A DNA stretch of 64,000 nt from Octopus vulgaris (GCA_951406725.2 OX597814.1:164362001-164426000), one strand, 5' to 3'. Shown: positions 1 through 12,830, counted from the first letter of the stretch. Numbers and translations: made by a program. The notes: generated from the sequence alone by a model not told the origin.

Positions 1-29
1 TAACAATAACACCAGGACTAACAAGTGGT

Positions 30-692
30 GGGTGGGCACCAGTGGATTGTATCGACTCCAGTACTCAACTGGTACTCATTTTATCGATCCTGAAAAGATG
101 AAAGGCAAAGTCGACCTCGGCGACGAGCGAAATACCTATTTCTTTACTATACACAAGGGGCTAAACATAGAGGGGACAAACAAGGACAGACAAACGGATT
201 AAGTCGATTACATCGACTCCAGTGCGTCACTGGTACTTAATTTATCGACCCCGAAAGGATGAAAAGTAAAGTCGACCTCGGCGGAATTTGAACTCAGAAC
301 GCAGCGGCAGACGAAATACCACTAAGCATTTCACCCAGCGTGCTAATGATTCTGCCAGCTCGCCGCCTTCATCATCATCATCATCATCATCATCACCATT
401 ATTGTTATTATTAGACGTCTCATAGTATTGAAGATATTGTATCTACCAGAGGTTTGCACTGCTATTATTAATAATAAATCCTTTCTACTATAGGCACAAG
501 GCCTGAAAATTTGTGGGGAGTGGGTAGTCGATTACATCAACCGTAATACTCAACTGGTATGTAATTTACCGACCCCGAAAGGACAAAAGGCAAAGTCGAC
601 CTCGATGGAATTTGAACTCAGAGCATACTGACAGGAGAAATACTGCTAAGCATTTTGTCCAGCATGCTAACGATTCTGCCAGCTTGCCGCCT
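30..692 (-). mobile_element. Cluster of tRNA-derived SINEs, family A (partial copy, full copy ~136-368, copy ~478-692)
   Basis: Reverse complement has a GGCGGCGAGCTGGCAGAA head, a B-box GAGTTCAAATTCC and core GACTTTGCCTTTCATCCTTTCGGGGTCGATAAA; many copies in this window. Confidence 0.85.
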
Positions 693-703
693 TATAATAA
701 TAA

Positions 704-744
<41 letters not shown>

Positions 745-922
745 ATTTTAACACAAGCATAAGGCCTAACATTTGTGTGGATGTTATAGAACTTGATTGG
801 TATTTCTTTTAACGACTTCGGTAAAATGAATGAGTTCTGACTTTAGTTGAATTTGAACTCAAAACGTAAAGGAACGTTACTAATTCGTAATCCTTCTTTT
901 ATATCTTATTTCTTCTTCACAG

Positions 923-1316
923 TAAAACAAGCAGCACATTTGTCCCACGTCGGTTTAAATTGAATGAGGAAAGAATTAAACACCATTTACGCCAAGATGC
1001 ATCAAAGAAAGAGACAAAAAGTAGTAAATGTAATATTCCTGACCCAAAGAACGGTAGCAATTCTTTATCGAACAACAAAAGTAACAACAAAGAATGCAGG
1101 CGACAGTACTGCGCTAAGTCTTTATCAAACAGCATCAATTCTTCCACAGTTAGTTTAGAATCGACTCCAATCATCACGAAGCAAATGGTTGAAAGAGGAA
1201 CCATGGCTTGTATGCCACACTTATACACTATTTCTATGGAGAAGTCTCAAGCGAGACGAAAGGACCATATCATATTAAAGGACCACAATGGGCATTGCGT
1301 TGGTTATGCTATACCT
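923..1316 (+). CDS. Candidate internal exon of an unrecognised plus-strand gene
   Basis: Pyrimidine tract tttcttcttcacag| at 922, 394 nt open reading (KTSSTFVPRRFKLNEERIK...HCVGYAIP), donor |gtaagt at 1317. No recognisable homology. Confidence 0.45.
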
Positions 1317-1353
1317 GTAAGTATAATTATATACCACAGTATATACAGCTCCG

Positions 1354-1938
1354 TGTAAGACCTGTAGTGAATCTTGCATGCATGAAGTGGATTCGATCCA
1401 CCATAGCCAAATTTAAATTAACACTGCAACAGAACTGTTCCCACGGTGGAACAACGGTTTTTCTCTGACGGCAGTTTTTATATTTTCCAGATGCCTTTAG
1501 CTAGGCCGAAATAATGTCTTCACCACTTGACCCTTTCTAACCTCTTCTACTTCACCAAAAGCTAGAATAGATAACAAGACCACCAACTAAAACTATTGTT
1601 CTCGATGATATATCTATCCTTCTGGATCTTTATATAAGCAAGCACATCCCAAGCAAAACGCAGTTCGTCACAGTTGTGACGACTCAACGGAGTTAGTCAC
1701 AGTTGGTGACGACTCAACGAGGTCTGGCTGACCAACCTTGGTCAGAGGGAGAAAGCAACTGTGAGACAACACCCTACAATTCTCTCTAGCTCTAATTCTG
1801 TTCTCTTACAACATTATTCTATCTCTCTCTCTGTAATTACTACTACTAAACAATGAAGAGGACACAAACACAAACTTTACTTCGCATGCTTTTGGATTTA
1901 TTACAACCTGCCCGTCGAGGCAATTCCTAGCCGTTACA
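1354..1938 (+). mobile_element. Possible solo LTR
   Basis: TGTAA...TTACA termini, TATA-like TTTATATAAG at ~1629, internal duplicated motif; no clean TSD. Confidence 0.35.
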
Positions 1939-3119
1939 GACCACAATATAATTATGTAGTAGTTTCGGTCAATCAGCATATATTACCAGTGCTTACTTAT
2001 AGGGAAAAGGAAAAAAGTTAATGCTGTTCTAGGCAGAATTCTATTGATATTTCACTCCCAACATGTTGCTCAATCTGATGCTATAGTAGAAGATATGTAT
2101 CCAATGTACCACAAGGCAAAGGAGGCTTGAACCCAGATTCATATGACTGCAAAATGGATTTAACCATACTCATGTTTATAGCTGTATTTTAACCTTATTT
2201 GTCCAGTATCGTTGTAGTGGTGACAGAAATTGGTTGCCTAATTGTAGCCAACACTAACTTTTTTTGTCCGGGTATTGATAGCATAATCATAGAAATAGTA
2301 CTAATTCGATCGTGATTTATACCTTCAAAACAGGCCATTTAATAAAAATAATAGTATTTGATTTTTTGTTTGTTTTTTACTTGCTTGCCCAAGAGGAATG
2401 GACAGTGCGGGCGCTTTAGACAGTGAGATTTATGCTATTAATGTTCTTCTGGAACTTTTCTAAATTAATGCTTGCTGGAAAGATACAGGCATGAAAGAAG
2501 GGAAGAAAGACTGGACAGAATGGTTAGTGTGGGACCTGGGGCGAAGTTAGACACAAGGGTGATGAGAGGAAGGGAGACCAGTAAGTTGAGAATATCAGAG
2601 TGGAGGTGGTATGAACCTAACCAGCGAAAATATAATGATATTTATGGAGTTCTGCAAATAAGATACTTTATTTCATTCACTTATCAAACTTACCATGTAA
2701 ATCGCAGATTAAGTTTACTAGAATCTGTCTGTCTATATGTATGTCTCTGTCTCTCTGTTTCTTTCTCTTTCTCCCTTTTACTTTAATAATAAACTGAATG
2801 ATAACGACATCCGTAAGAAATGCTTTTATTATATATACCTGTCTTTACCTTTTTCCTTCTTTAAAGTTGATAATCTAATTTAATCTAATGCAATACTAAA
2901 TAGGCCCTAGATTCCTGACCACATCGTACTGATGAAATCCAAACAGATTGAAATAACAGTTAAATAAGAATGTTAAGGATTCTATGATTAAAAAAATTAA
3001 AGACAGAAAATCTGATCCAATAAATGCACGAATATATTTTATTTATTTTACTTCACCAACGAAAAAATAATATATATATATATATATGACGCCATGATAG
3101 ATCGTTAGCCACTACACAC

Positions 3120-3285
3120 ATTTTTTTCTCTCTCCTTGTTTTTTTTTGTGTCCCATACTGTAGAAGAGCGTAGGCTCGAAACGTAAAAGACTTTTTCTAT
3201 TCCTGAGCGTTATACTAATACATCTGTTTGTTTTGTACACCACCTGTCTTCGTCTTTTGTTTTTTTCGTAAACTCTCCCTGTATA
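3120..3285 (+). mobile_element. Penelope-like terminal repeat remnant
   Basis: CTGTAGA-A-GAGC-GTAG-GCTC-GAAAC-GTA (3158-3185), the hammerhead-like signature typical of PLE termini. Confidence 0.45.
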
Positions 3286-3291
3286 TATATG

Positions 3292-3293
<2 letters not shown>

Positions 3294-3363
<70 letters not shown>

Positions 3364-3364
3364 T

Positions 3365-3395
<31 letters not shown>

Positions 3396-3546
3396 AACAG
3401 CTTATAAACAAGGGCATGGTTATTGACGATGTGTCTATTTTCGGCATATTTGGCATTAGAAAATTTTTTCTTTTGCCCTTGTTTATAAGTTGTTTATAAA
3501 TTTAACCATTAAAGGTATTTTTTAATATGCTGGCTAAGCGAGCAGG

Positions 3547-3601
<55 letters not shown>

Positions 3602-4185
3602 TACCTGACGAGGTGATTCTAACTTGCAATAGAGATGAACAGCGTATTAACAGAAAGCCTGCAAGTACTCAATATCAAAAACAGAATGGATGAAGAATAA
3701 TCAAACAAATATAAAAGAAACTATTCTGTTTCTATCGAAGAACTATGTCTAAGTTATTTCGTACATAAGATAGATCTTAGAGTTAGGATTAAGATCAGAA
3801 GTTGGAAACAAGCATAGTTGAGAGTCATTTGCGCAATACAAGCTGCATGTCAGTCCATGATTTTGAGCTTGTTAATCAGAGCTAGAGTTCTGACTGCAGA
3901 TGAACTCGAAACTGTTAGGTTGAATGAAAATATTTCAGGGGTGTGTTTGGCATATTAAGTTTGAATAGGGTAGAGCCTATATAGGTGATATTGTGGACTG
4001 AAAAAAGTTGTTTGTAAAATGTTTATACACACGTATACACACACACACACAGGCACACATATATGCATGTGCACGTGTACATACACACACACACACATAC
4101 GCACACACACACACACACACGTACACACACACACACACACACATATACACATACACACACACACACATACGTGTACATATATACA
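3294..4185. repeat. (CA)n and (TA)n microsatellites plus a short inverted repeat (arms 3392-3416 and 3474-3499)
   Basis: Directly visible: (CA)n 3294-3382, (TA)n 3550-3593, (CA)n-like 4025-4185; ATAAACAGCTTATAAACAAGGGCA versus TGCCCTTGTTTATAAGTTGTTTAT. Confidence 0.9.
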
Positions 4186-5003
4186 TAACGAATGCAATTC
4201 GACAGCGAGCAATACCATCGTCTGATTCACATGAATAGCACAAGATATGGTTTTTCAGTCCTGCTATGAACCTACACACTTTTGCACAGATGTGGAAAGG
4301 ATGTTTGTCTCTTGCCTCAGGTGCTCAGAGAGCTTCCACTGCTTTTAAATTAATAAGTATCTCTCCTGAAAAATTCTGAAAACTTCTGGAATGCATCCTC
4401 TATTTCTCCATTTTCCCTTCTCTGTTCTTTTCTCTCCTTGTCACTTCTGTCTTTCAGAAGGAGAGTAAATACTCGAAATGTAAAAGACATTTTCTTTTTT
4501 TTTTCTCAATTCTTGAGCAGTGTCAACCTAATTCACTTTATTTTTTTTTTTACCTCGTCTTTGTGTTGCATTTTTTTGCATTATACATATACAAATACAC
4601 GCACTCACAATATTCACCCTTATCCTTGTGACTGGAATGGAATACATCTCACTGAAGAGGTATAATAAAATCAAAACACGTCTGATGCTTCCAGCAGATC
4701 AGTTGCATCCTGCATTGTTTATTGTGTCCACATATTAATACTACCTGATTTTATTGGAGTTTTCTCCTTTGCATATTGTTTTATATTTTAAACACCGTCT
4801 AGAGGAAGTTTAATTTTACTAATTGCTTGGATAATATCACTTTGTCAAAGATTTTCAACTCCCTACATCAAATATGTGAAGCCCTAATTTATATCTATTA
4901 TGTTGAAAGGTCGACACCATATTCTTTGATATAATTATAGCGTTAATACTGGTGATAAAATCCAGTACAAAAATTCAAAATTAATTGTTGTCTTTCTCAT
5001 TAG

Positions 5004-5114
5004 CTAGACACAAGGAAATGGGTTGCTGAGTCACGTGACGAGCAAGAAAGGAACAGCAGTATGTCTTCAATTATATCATATGACCAAAATAACATTGATA
5101 AACGTGAACAACAG
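5004..5114 (+). CDS. Candidate 111-nt phase 0/0 exon of the same plus-strand gene
   Basis: tctttctcattag| acceptor and CAG|gtaata donor; open frame LDTRKWVAESRDEQERNSSMSSIISYDQNNIDKREQQ; phase-compatible with 923-1316. Confidence 0.4.
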
Positions 5115-5170
5115 GTAATAATATTCTCTTTTTATTTCTTTATTTCTCCTTGTATGTTTAAACATATGCA

Positions 5171-5615
5171 GGATCTTTTCGGTTTGAACGGCAGTTTTTT
5201 TCTAGCGGTGTCATGTGAAATTGTCACCCATAATTATGACCCCAGCATCGATCTATTGCATTTCAATCTGTTTTAGGGTTAGGGTTAGTTAGGGTTAGTT
5301 AGGGTTAGAGTTTGGGGTGGGGGGAAGGGTATCTTTTTTTCTTCACAAATCTAAATATACCCAACCTGTTTCTTAAACGAAGGACATATTCATACGGCAC
5401 AGAATGTTTTTTACATTAATAGACGTATTTGATTGGTTGAAATTGCAGAAATTGCAGAAAAAGAACAACAAATATCTTACAAACTATAGAATTTTCTCAA
5501 TAAAGCCAAGAGAAAAAGATGTTTTATAAACACATTCTACCAGTATACGAAGTTTAAAATTTTTTTAGTTACCTAGAAATTATGTTAAAAACTGCCGTTC
5601 AAACCGAAAAGATCC
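5171..5615. mobile_element. Non-autonomous TIR DNA transposon (GG-terminal, 8-bp TSD; Merlin- or hAT-like) containing TTAGGG repeats
   Basis: TIR GGATCTTTTCGGTTTGAACGGCAGTTTT at both ends; perfect TSD CATATGCA (5163-5170 and 5616-5623). Confidence 0.9.
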
Positions 5616-6547
5616 CATATGCATGTATGTGCGCATATATGCATCCCTGTATAAATGTTTTATATATCATAATAGCAAACGCCCCTCCCCGTCCATTGGA
5701 CGGTTTGTATAGGTGAAGAGGGGTAACTTGGACGGTGTTAAGTTGTGGAGATGTTTGGTGATTGTATGGGGTTGTTACTTTTGGTTAGGGCATTAAAGAT
5801 TCCTGAGACGTTAAAACTGTTGATTGTTTCTTCTAAATAAGGAAAATTGATTGATAGTGAATCTTAATACAGTGAACCTTTTCAAAATTGTCATGAAGCC
5901 AATAAAATGAAGGAAAGCTGTTCAGCCCACAATATATACAACTTCCAGTAGAATCGGAATCAAAATGAACCTTGAACTTTTTGCACTCAAACACATTCAC
6001 ATTAGGATAAGCACAATGTACTCTTCCATAGTACATACCTCATGTTGACACCTATACGTCAGACTGAACGCTGTTTTATCTCCAAAGTGAATATTGCAAG
6101 TGATATTTAAGCAATAAACAGTTCTTTGGTTTTAGCATTTGATGACTTGCTTTACGAATTTTATTTCGATTTTCACTGGCGTAGTGGTAAGAACTGCGGG
6201 ATAAGCAACATTAGTTTCGAATAAAAATATAAATGGAAGTTTTAATCACCCCATGGACAGGCAAACAGAAACTGCTACTCAATAAAGGCGCAAAAATGCT
6301 TAGGGAAGTCTCTCCTCTATCAAAAACTGACACAAAAAGAGTTGAAACTCAGGGGTGAAAAAACAATGCAATAAAATAACATAGAGCATGTTCTTTGCAA
6401 ATAATTTTATCTCAAAAATTGAACAATACTACTTATTTTTTAAAAGTTGGATGAGAAATGTTAGGCAAGGTTTTAGATGTAACCCACCCCACTCCAATTT
6501 TTCGCGTTTTATAAGCAATCAATTAGACTTTTCTACTTTCACTTGGT

Positions 6548-6730
6548 GGAGGTGCAATGGCCTAGTGGTCAGGGCAGCGGACTCGCGGTTGTAGGATCGC
6601 GGTTTCGATTCTCAGACCGGGCGTTGTGAGTGTTTATTGAGTGAAAACACCTAAAGCTCCACTCTTTCTTCTGTTGGCCTGCTCGCTTAGCCAGCGGGGT
6701 GGCGTCATTTGAAGGCTAAAATAATGCGAT
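6548..6730 (+). mobile_element. tRNA-derived SINE, family B (internally deleted)
   Basis: GGAGGTGCAATGGCCTAGTGG A-box and GGTTTCGATT B-box; same family as the copies at 12831 and 31686. Confidence 0.85.
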
Positions 6731-6749
6731 TCTACTCTAATCGCCCGTT

Positions 6750-7490
6750 TCCGGGCAAATTACCATTTGTTGTTGACGACAGACCCCGCCAATGCCCACT
6801 TAACCAATTTGCTAATTTGGTCTCTGTAAGTACACAGCCGGGAATGACGCATTCACTTTCCATTAACAGAGTCCCTGCCTGCAAAATCTGTGGTCTATTC
6901 TAGTTAACGATTTTAAAAAAGCGGACAACTTATACTATCCTGATCTACTAGCCTATAGAATAGTCCACCTAGATATGACTAAGATGAGCTGATACGATGC
7001 ATCCATATACGCATTGGCACACTCGGAAACACCTGAGTAGATTTGTAAGGCTTTTGCACTTCCCACTCCTATCAGCTAGCCCCACACATTCCAAACAGAT
7101 ATTCAAGATAGTTTTCTAGTCACTAAAAATTATAATGTTCCCAGGTAAAGTTCCAGACGTCTGAAGAAATCTAGCTGTCCTGATTCTGTCGGAGCATAAA
7201 CAGTCACTTGTCGGAAAGCACCCTCTTCGTTACTGTTCACACTCAGGACCATCTCTCTAGGTCCAAGAAGATGGTCCGTAACATGAGATCCAAAACTTTC
7301 CAAAATAATACTACAGTTGTCTCTCCTATTCCCAGTCAACGTGGAGATAAATATACCCCGTATCCATCGAAAATGAGAATAAGGGCTTGTGCATCGGAAA
7401 ATCTGGTCTTGCTGATAGGCAATATATCTCTGAGGCTGTTCAGCAGGTGGCCCTGTTTCCAAGGACTCCAGACCACATGCATTCACACTG
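6750..7490 (-). mobile_element. Decayed L1/Tx1-type LINE, apurinic endonuclease fragment
   Basis: ORF 7130-7486 contains FRQVTVYAPTESGQLDFFRRLE, the VYAP..FF..L motif of L1/Tx1 endonucleases. Confidence 0.6.
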
Positions 7491-7799
7491 TCCTTCTAAG
7501 TATAGTGATGTTGGATGAGAGAGAAAGAGAATGAAAATAAACGTTTACTCTATTTCTGTGGAGGAACAGGTATTTTGTCCTTCATGTTAGATGTGGGTAT
7601 TTACACGAACAGTTCTTTAAATGGTCTATTGTTTGTTAGTATTAAATTCTCCTAGGCAATTTGTTTAGGACATTTATTTAAAGTGTTGTATGTGTTGCAA
7701 AAATGGATAATTTTTACGTGTGATGGAATGTATTTATCGCGTGTGATACTAGTATTTTCATGTATGTGTTCCATTATTGTTTTATTGTTTGTATTTATG

Positions 7800-8960
7800 G
7801 CAGTGTAGTTAATGTTTTGTTTTTATTCGTGTTGGGAGATGTTTCCTGACTGTTGGTGTGTTTGTGCTTCTGATGGCACTCGTGGTGGCAGTGATGGGTA
7901 TAATGGTGTTGTTAGGAGTAATGTTGATGCATCGTCTCCTAGTTATTTGCATCTTCCAGTTATTTTGATTCGTGTACTTTTGCTTCGTTTTCTTTTCTTT
8001 GCTTTTCTTATTGCTTGCCATTTGGTGTCCTCCTCATCACCTTCACTACATGACATGTCTGAGTGCTTTGAGTCAAGGAGGGTTATGGTGTTGTTTTGCT
8101 GATCTGGGTGTTATTGTTTTTTGGGTTTCTGTTGTTGTTTTTATGTCTGCTGCCAGTAATGTTCCATTCTTGCTGTAGCTGCATTAAATGGTGCAGTTGC
8201 TGTTGTTTTCGTGGCTACTTGTTTTACTCTTGTTGCTGTCGTTGACGACTGCCTCTGTTGGTGTTGTTGTTGCTGCAGTTGCTGTTGTCGTGGGTGTGGT
8301 GGTGGTGACAGTGACGGCAGACGAGGTGGTTTCCATTCTTTCCTTTGCTGTGGGCAGAAAGCCTTATCGTAATTTGTGTCATCACACAAACGATACCCTA
8401 ACCTTCTGTCCTCGACAGCTGAGTGTAATTTTGTACCGTTTGCTAGATTAATCAGAAGCAGGATGGCTTCCATACTCTGGTGAGCCGTTTGGATTAGTAG
8501 TTCCATCCACTGACCCTGACTAATTATTGTTTCTACAACCTCTGGATTGGTTTTCTCCTTTACATCGAAGTGGGTCACTGTCATCAACTAGTAACTGATT
8601 TCTGAGTACATGTTGACTATTTTTATTTTAAAAAAACCCCACAGGCAGAGTAAATCAGTATTTGAGTTCGTCACTCGTTAGGCTAGTTGTGGATTATTTT
8701 CTGGTCTTATCCTCTGTAATGAGTCTGCTGTTCCGAATTTCTTTCCCCTGGCTATTCATGTTCTTGTGCTCCGGATTGGTCTAAAGCACTTTTCAGTCTA
8801 TTGGCATGTAGCTTGTTTTTTTTTTAGGCGTTTTGTTGCCATAGTTTTCTATATGACTGCCCGAAAATTGATTTGTTGTTGGATGGATCTTGGTATACCG
8901 AGTGCCACATTTTGGCCACATTTCTTTCATATACTTTACACACTTTTTAGTTCATTTAAT
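7800..8960 (-). mobile_element. Decayed LINE ORF1-like region
   Basis: VEDRRLGYRLCDDTNYDKAFCP resembles a degenerate CCHC knuckle, followed by Q/T/P-rich low complexity; lies upstream of and co-oriented with the endonuclease fragment. Confidence 0.4.
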
Positions 8961-10769
8961 TCAATAAGTATTTCTTTGCTCATTTGATTTATTGTATCAG
9001 CGAAACTGCTAACGCTAGATTTGCATAGTTTATTTGTATTGGATATAAATGCATGTGAGATGGATAAATAAAATGTTACGACATCAATGTCTTTCTTTCT
9101 TGACTGTTTTTGCAATACATATAAAGAGAAATGGGTACACCTTGGAATCGAAACTAGAAAGTATAACTAGCTCACAAAGCATTTATCTCAATCATATAGC
9201 ACTTCCAGGAAGCATGATTATTACTGTTTTTTTTTCCTTACCTGCTTTAAAATTTAAGTCCTTGTATCTGATGTATGAAATCTGTATGCTCACTATTTAT
9301 TACATGTTGTTTAAATATTCACCCAACAGATTGTGAAAACCAGCCATATTACCAACTCAACACCATCGTATACGGACCATGGCCCTCATAGGTTGAAACC
9401 GACGGTGCTCTATATTCACAGCGATATTCATCAAAAAAATATCAGAAATTCTAGATTGAACCCTAACACAAGACACCGTAAAGGTGTAACTAAAGAGTAT
9501 ACTTTTAACCAAGGATGGGGTATTTTACCTCAGGCCAAGAAACTGACTGGATGGATTCCTCACTCACGTCCTATGCGTAATAACAATACAAGCACTCAGT
9601 AGACATGGTTATTTAAAGTAACAATAGTTTAACATTCAGTAAGTCGAAACGACTGCAATCCCAAGTTGAATTTGAGTCATGTTCATTACAAATGTCACAT
9701 GAATAGCAAATGTAACTCTTTTTGCATATAACTATAATGCCTCATTGCTTGCATTCAAATTGATTTACCTACCTACGTACCTACCTGCTTACCTATCTAT
9801 CTACCTACTTACATACATACACAGGTACATACCTAATACTCTATTGCTTATGACTACGAGAGTTCCAGCTGATCCAATCATTGAAACAGCCTGCTAGTGA
9901 AATTAACGTGCGCGTGACACAGAATGTTACAGGGCTTTTGCCAGCAGAGTGAACTGGAGCAACGTGAAATAAAGTGTCTTGCTCAAGAACACAAAGCGCT
10001 GCCGGTAATCAAACTCATGACTTCATGATATCCTAACCCTTAGCCACGCACCAGCATGCATGCATGCATCCATCCATCCATCCATCCGCACGCACGCGCG
10101 CGCACACACATACATACAGTGCATAAATTAATGGTAATTAAGAAACTGGCTTTTTACCATCCAGGTACCAATTTTGAGTCATGCTTGATTGTTTTATTTT
10201 TATTTACTTATTTCTAGCATCGATAGATCCACTGGAGACAGGTGTTCAAATCAAACAAAATATAGGAAAGGAACCTATCATTGTCTCAAGGTTCAAGTCA
10301 ACACCTTGAAATGACAGATATTTTTGCTTTTGACACATATCTTTCATTGATGATCTTCAAAACATGTAGCTCATGCTCTGCACATCTAATAATGTTTCAA
10401 ACCCTAATTCTCAATTTTTGTATTTCTTTTGAAATAAAATTCACAAAATTTTAATGACTTTCTTTTTTGAACGGTGAATCATGAATCAGATAATGCTATA
10501 AATAAGAATGTAAATATTGGTTTTAAAAATATTTGGATAGAAAATGTTGAAGGCTGGCCATGGGATTTGAACTGACATTTTTTTTGTTTGGTTTTATTGT
10601 TTGAAGGAATGAGAAATACCAGTTGTAGTATGTGGGTAATTTCGACCATCCACCACATCTCAATATACTAACACCTCACATTCTTTCCTTCCTTTATGTT
10701 AAGTTGTTCTTATGTATATTGACCATTCTATGCACTTGGTTTGGCCTGCACTATAAGCAGGCATAAGGG

Positions 10770-11060
10770 TGGCTGTGTGGTAAGAAATTTGCTTCTCAGT
10801 CCCACTCCATGGCACCTTGGGCAAGTATCTTGTCTTATAGCTGACCAGAACCTTGTGTATAGATTTGGTAAATGGAATCTAAAGGAATCCTGTTAAGTGT
10901 GTGTATGTCTCCCACAACTGCTGTTGGTGAGTTTATGTCACCGTAACATAGCAGTCCAGCAAAAGAGATCATTAGAATAAGTACCAGGCTTAAAAAATAA
11001 GTACTGGAGTTGATCCTTCAGACTAAAATTCTTGAAACTGGTGACTGAAACAAGTAAAAG
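10770..11060 (+). mobile_element. tRNA-derived SINE, family C (CORE-like)
   Basis: GGCTGTGTGGTAAGAA head and GGCACCTTGGGCAAGT core. Related copies at ~17005-17480(+), 21855-21990(+), 32980-33130(+), 38200-38340(-), 52525-52720(-) and 60555-60710(+). Confidence 0.75.
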
Positions 11061-11259
11061 ACGTTTATAGAAATAAATGTTCTTATTTGACTCAAGAGAA
11101 CTAGTTTATGCCTTCTTCCAACCAACACATGCTGAGTACTCACTTTCTCATTCGTTGACAAAATAAAATAACAGATCATACTGATCCATGGACCTAACAC
11201 ATGCAGCCTGGTATATATTTTATTGGTCCCTTTCAAATTGCTATGCTTTTTATCTAAAG

Positions 11260-11825
11260 CAAAGGTTCTCAACCAGGGTATACAAGACCCTTAGGGGTCC
11301 ATATAAGATTTTGTTAAAATTTCATCATTATCATCATCATCGTTTAACGTCTGCTTTCCATGCTAGCATGGGTTGGACAATTTGACTAGGGACTGGCCAA
11401 CCAGATGGCTGCACCAGACTCCAGTCTGATCTGGCAGAGTTTCTACAGCTGGATGCCCTTCCTAATGCCAACCACTCCGAGAGTGTAGTGGGTGCTTTTA
11501 TGTGCCACCGGCACGAGGGCCAGTCAGATGGTACTGGCAACGGCCACGCTCAAATGGTGCTTTTTATGTGCCACCTGCACAGGAGCCAGTCCAGCGGCAC
11601 TAAAATTTTAACCCGAGCAAGGTTGTTAAAATTTATCTGCAATAAATTGGTTATACTTCTTCAATAAACAAAATATTTTAACATTTTTTGTTTTTACTAC
11701 AATTCCTAATATTTGATTATAAAAATGCAGTCGGATATTTCTAAACATCGGATGACTACGAGGGCCCATCCAAGTAAAATAGGAAGCAAAGGAATCCATA
11801 GGCAAAAAGTGGTTGAAAAACACTG
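11260..11825. mobile_element. hAT/Charlie-like MITE interrupted by an RTE 3' fragment
   Basis: TIRs CAAAGGTTCTCAACC and GGTTGAAAAACACTG; TSD ATCTAAAG/ATCTAAAA. Confidence 0.75.
11323..11622 (-). mobile_element. 5'-truncated RTE LINE 3' end
   Basis: (GAT)n tail and GGCATTAGGAAGGGCATCCAGCTGTAGAAAC motif; TSD TTGTTAAAATTT (11311-11322 and 11623-11634). Confidence 0.85.
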
Positions 11826-12830
11826 ATCTAAAAGGACAATATGTGTTACACAAGTAAATACACACACACACACACATGACAAGCATCAGCAGAATGTTTG
11901 TCAACCTAATTCCAGTCCCAAGGCACTGGGCAACTAGATAATGTAGAAGCTGCCTATCCCAAGTCCTATATCATCATCACTTTAATGTCTACTTCTTGAT
12001 GCTTGCATGAGCAGACTTTATTGAAGCAGATTTCCATACTGCCAAATACTCTTTCAGTCAACAACCCTCACCTGTTTCCAAGCAAGTAAATATTTTCTCT
12101 TGTCTATCAGATAATGAAAAGCCCAGATATACATTTTTGGAGGATTATAAATGAACAACACCATTTGTATGAACAGTGAGTTTTTGTTTACAATCAGTGT
12201 GTACGTCAAGACAAGGGGAATACATACTTACCAAGTCCTTTGTGAGCTGCTCTCCAGCTATCTATCTGAGGCTTTATATAGCTATGGTGGGGCCTCACCT
12301 GGAATGGGCTTCTACTAGTTTCTGTAAATGAAATTTCACTCACAAAGCAATGGTCAGCTTGCAGATATAGTAGAAGACACCACCCAACAGTCAACCTAGT
12401 GAGGGTGAACCCCTAACCATATGTTTCTGAAGAAAACTGTTCAACCATATAGCCATGTGTGTGTGTGTAATGGTATGGAGTGTATGTGGTCTCCTGGGAT
12501 ATGCAGATGTGCAAGTATAGGATAGTGGGTGAGTAGGAAAATGGTATGTAAACGAAACTATGCTGAATGTGAGAGGATATATACATATACACACACACAC
12601 ACACATGCATCAATACACTTGATAGTATACCACACATTTTTTAGGATAATTTATATGCAAAATTTTAGTCTGTAAAGTAAAGAAAGTAATAACATCACAG
12701 ACTTGTCTTCATTAAAAATACTGATTTGATTAGTCACCCTCTAAGGTTACCCATTTTCTGTCCACAGAAAGAGTAGTAGATTACAGGATCTATAGTATAG
12801 GTTATTATAGTATAGTATAAGTATATATGT

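Noticed and set aside
3955-4279. Cys/Val- or His/Thr-rich ORFs
   Set aside because: (CA)n microsatellite artefacts.
5030-5039. Perfect GTCACGTGAC (CLEAR/E-box) palindrome
   Set aside because: It is 46 kb from the MON1 start and inside a candidate coding exon; a single 10-mer is not enough to call a regulatory site.
5273-5310. TTAGGG repeats as a true telomere or chromosome fusion site
   Set aside because: Short, degenerate and enclosed within a TSD-flanked TIR element.
5833-6036. Cys-containing ORF, possibly a Penelope GIY-YIG remnant
   Set aside because: The motif match is too weak to support a call.
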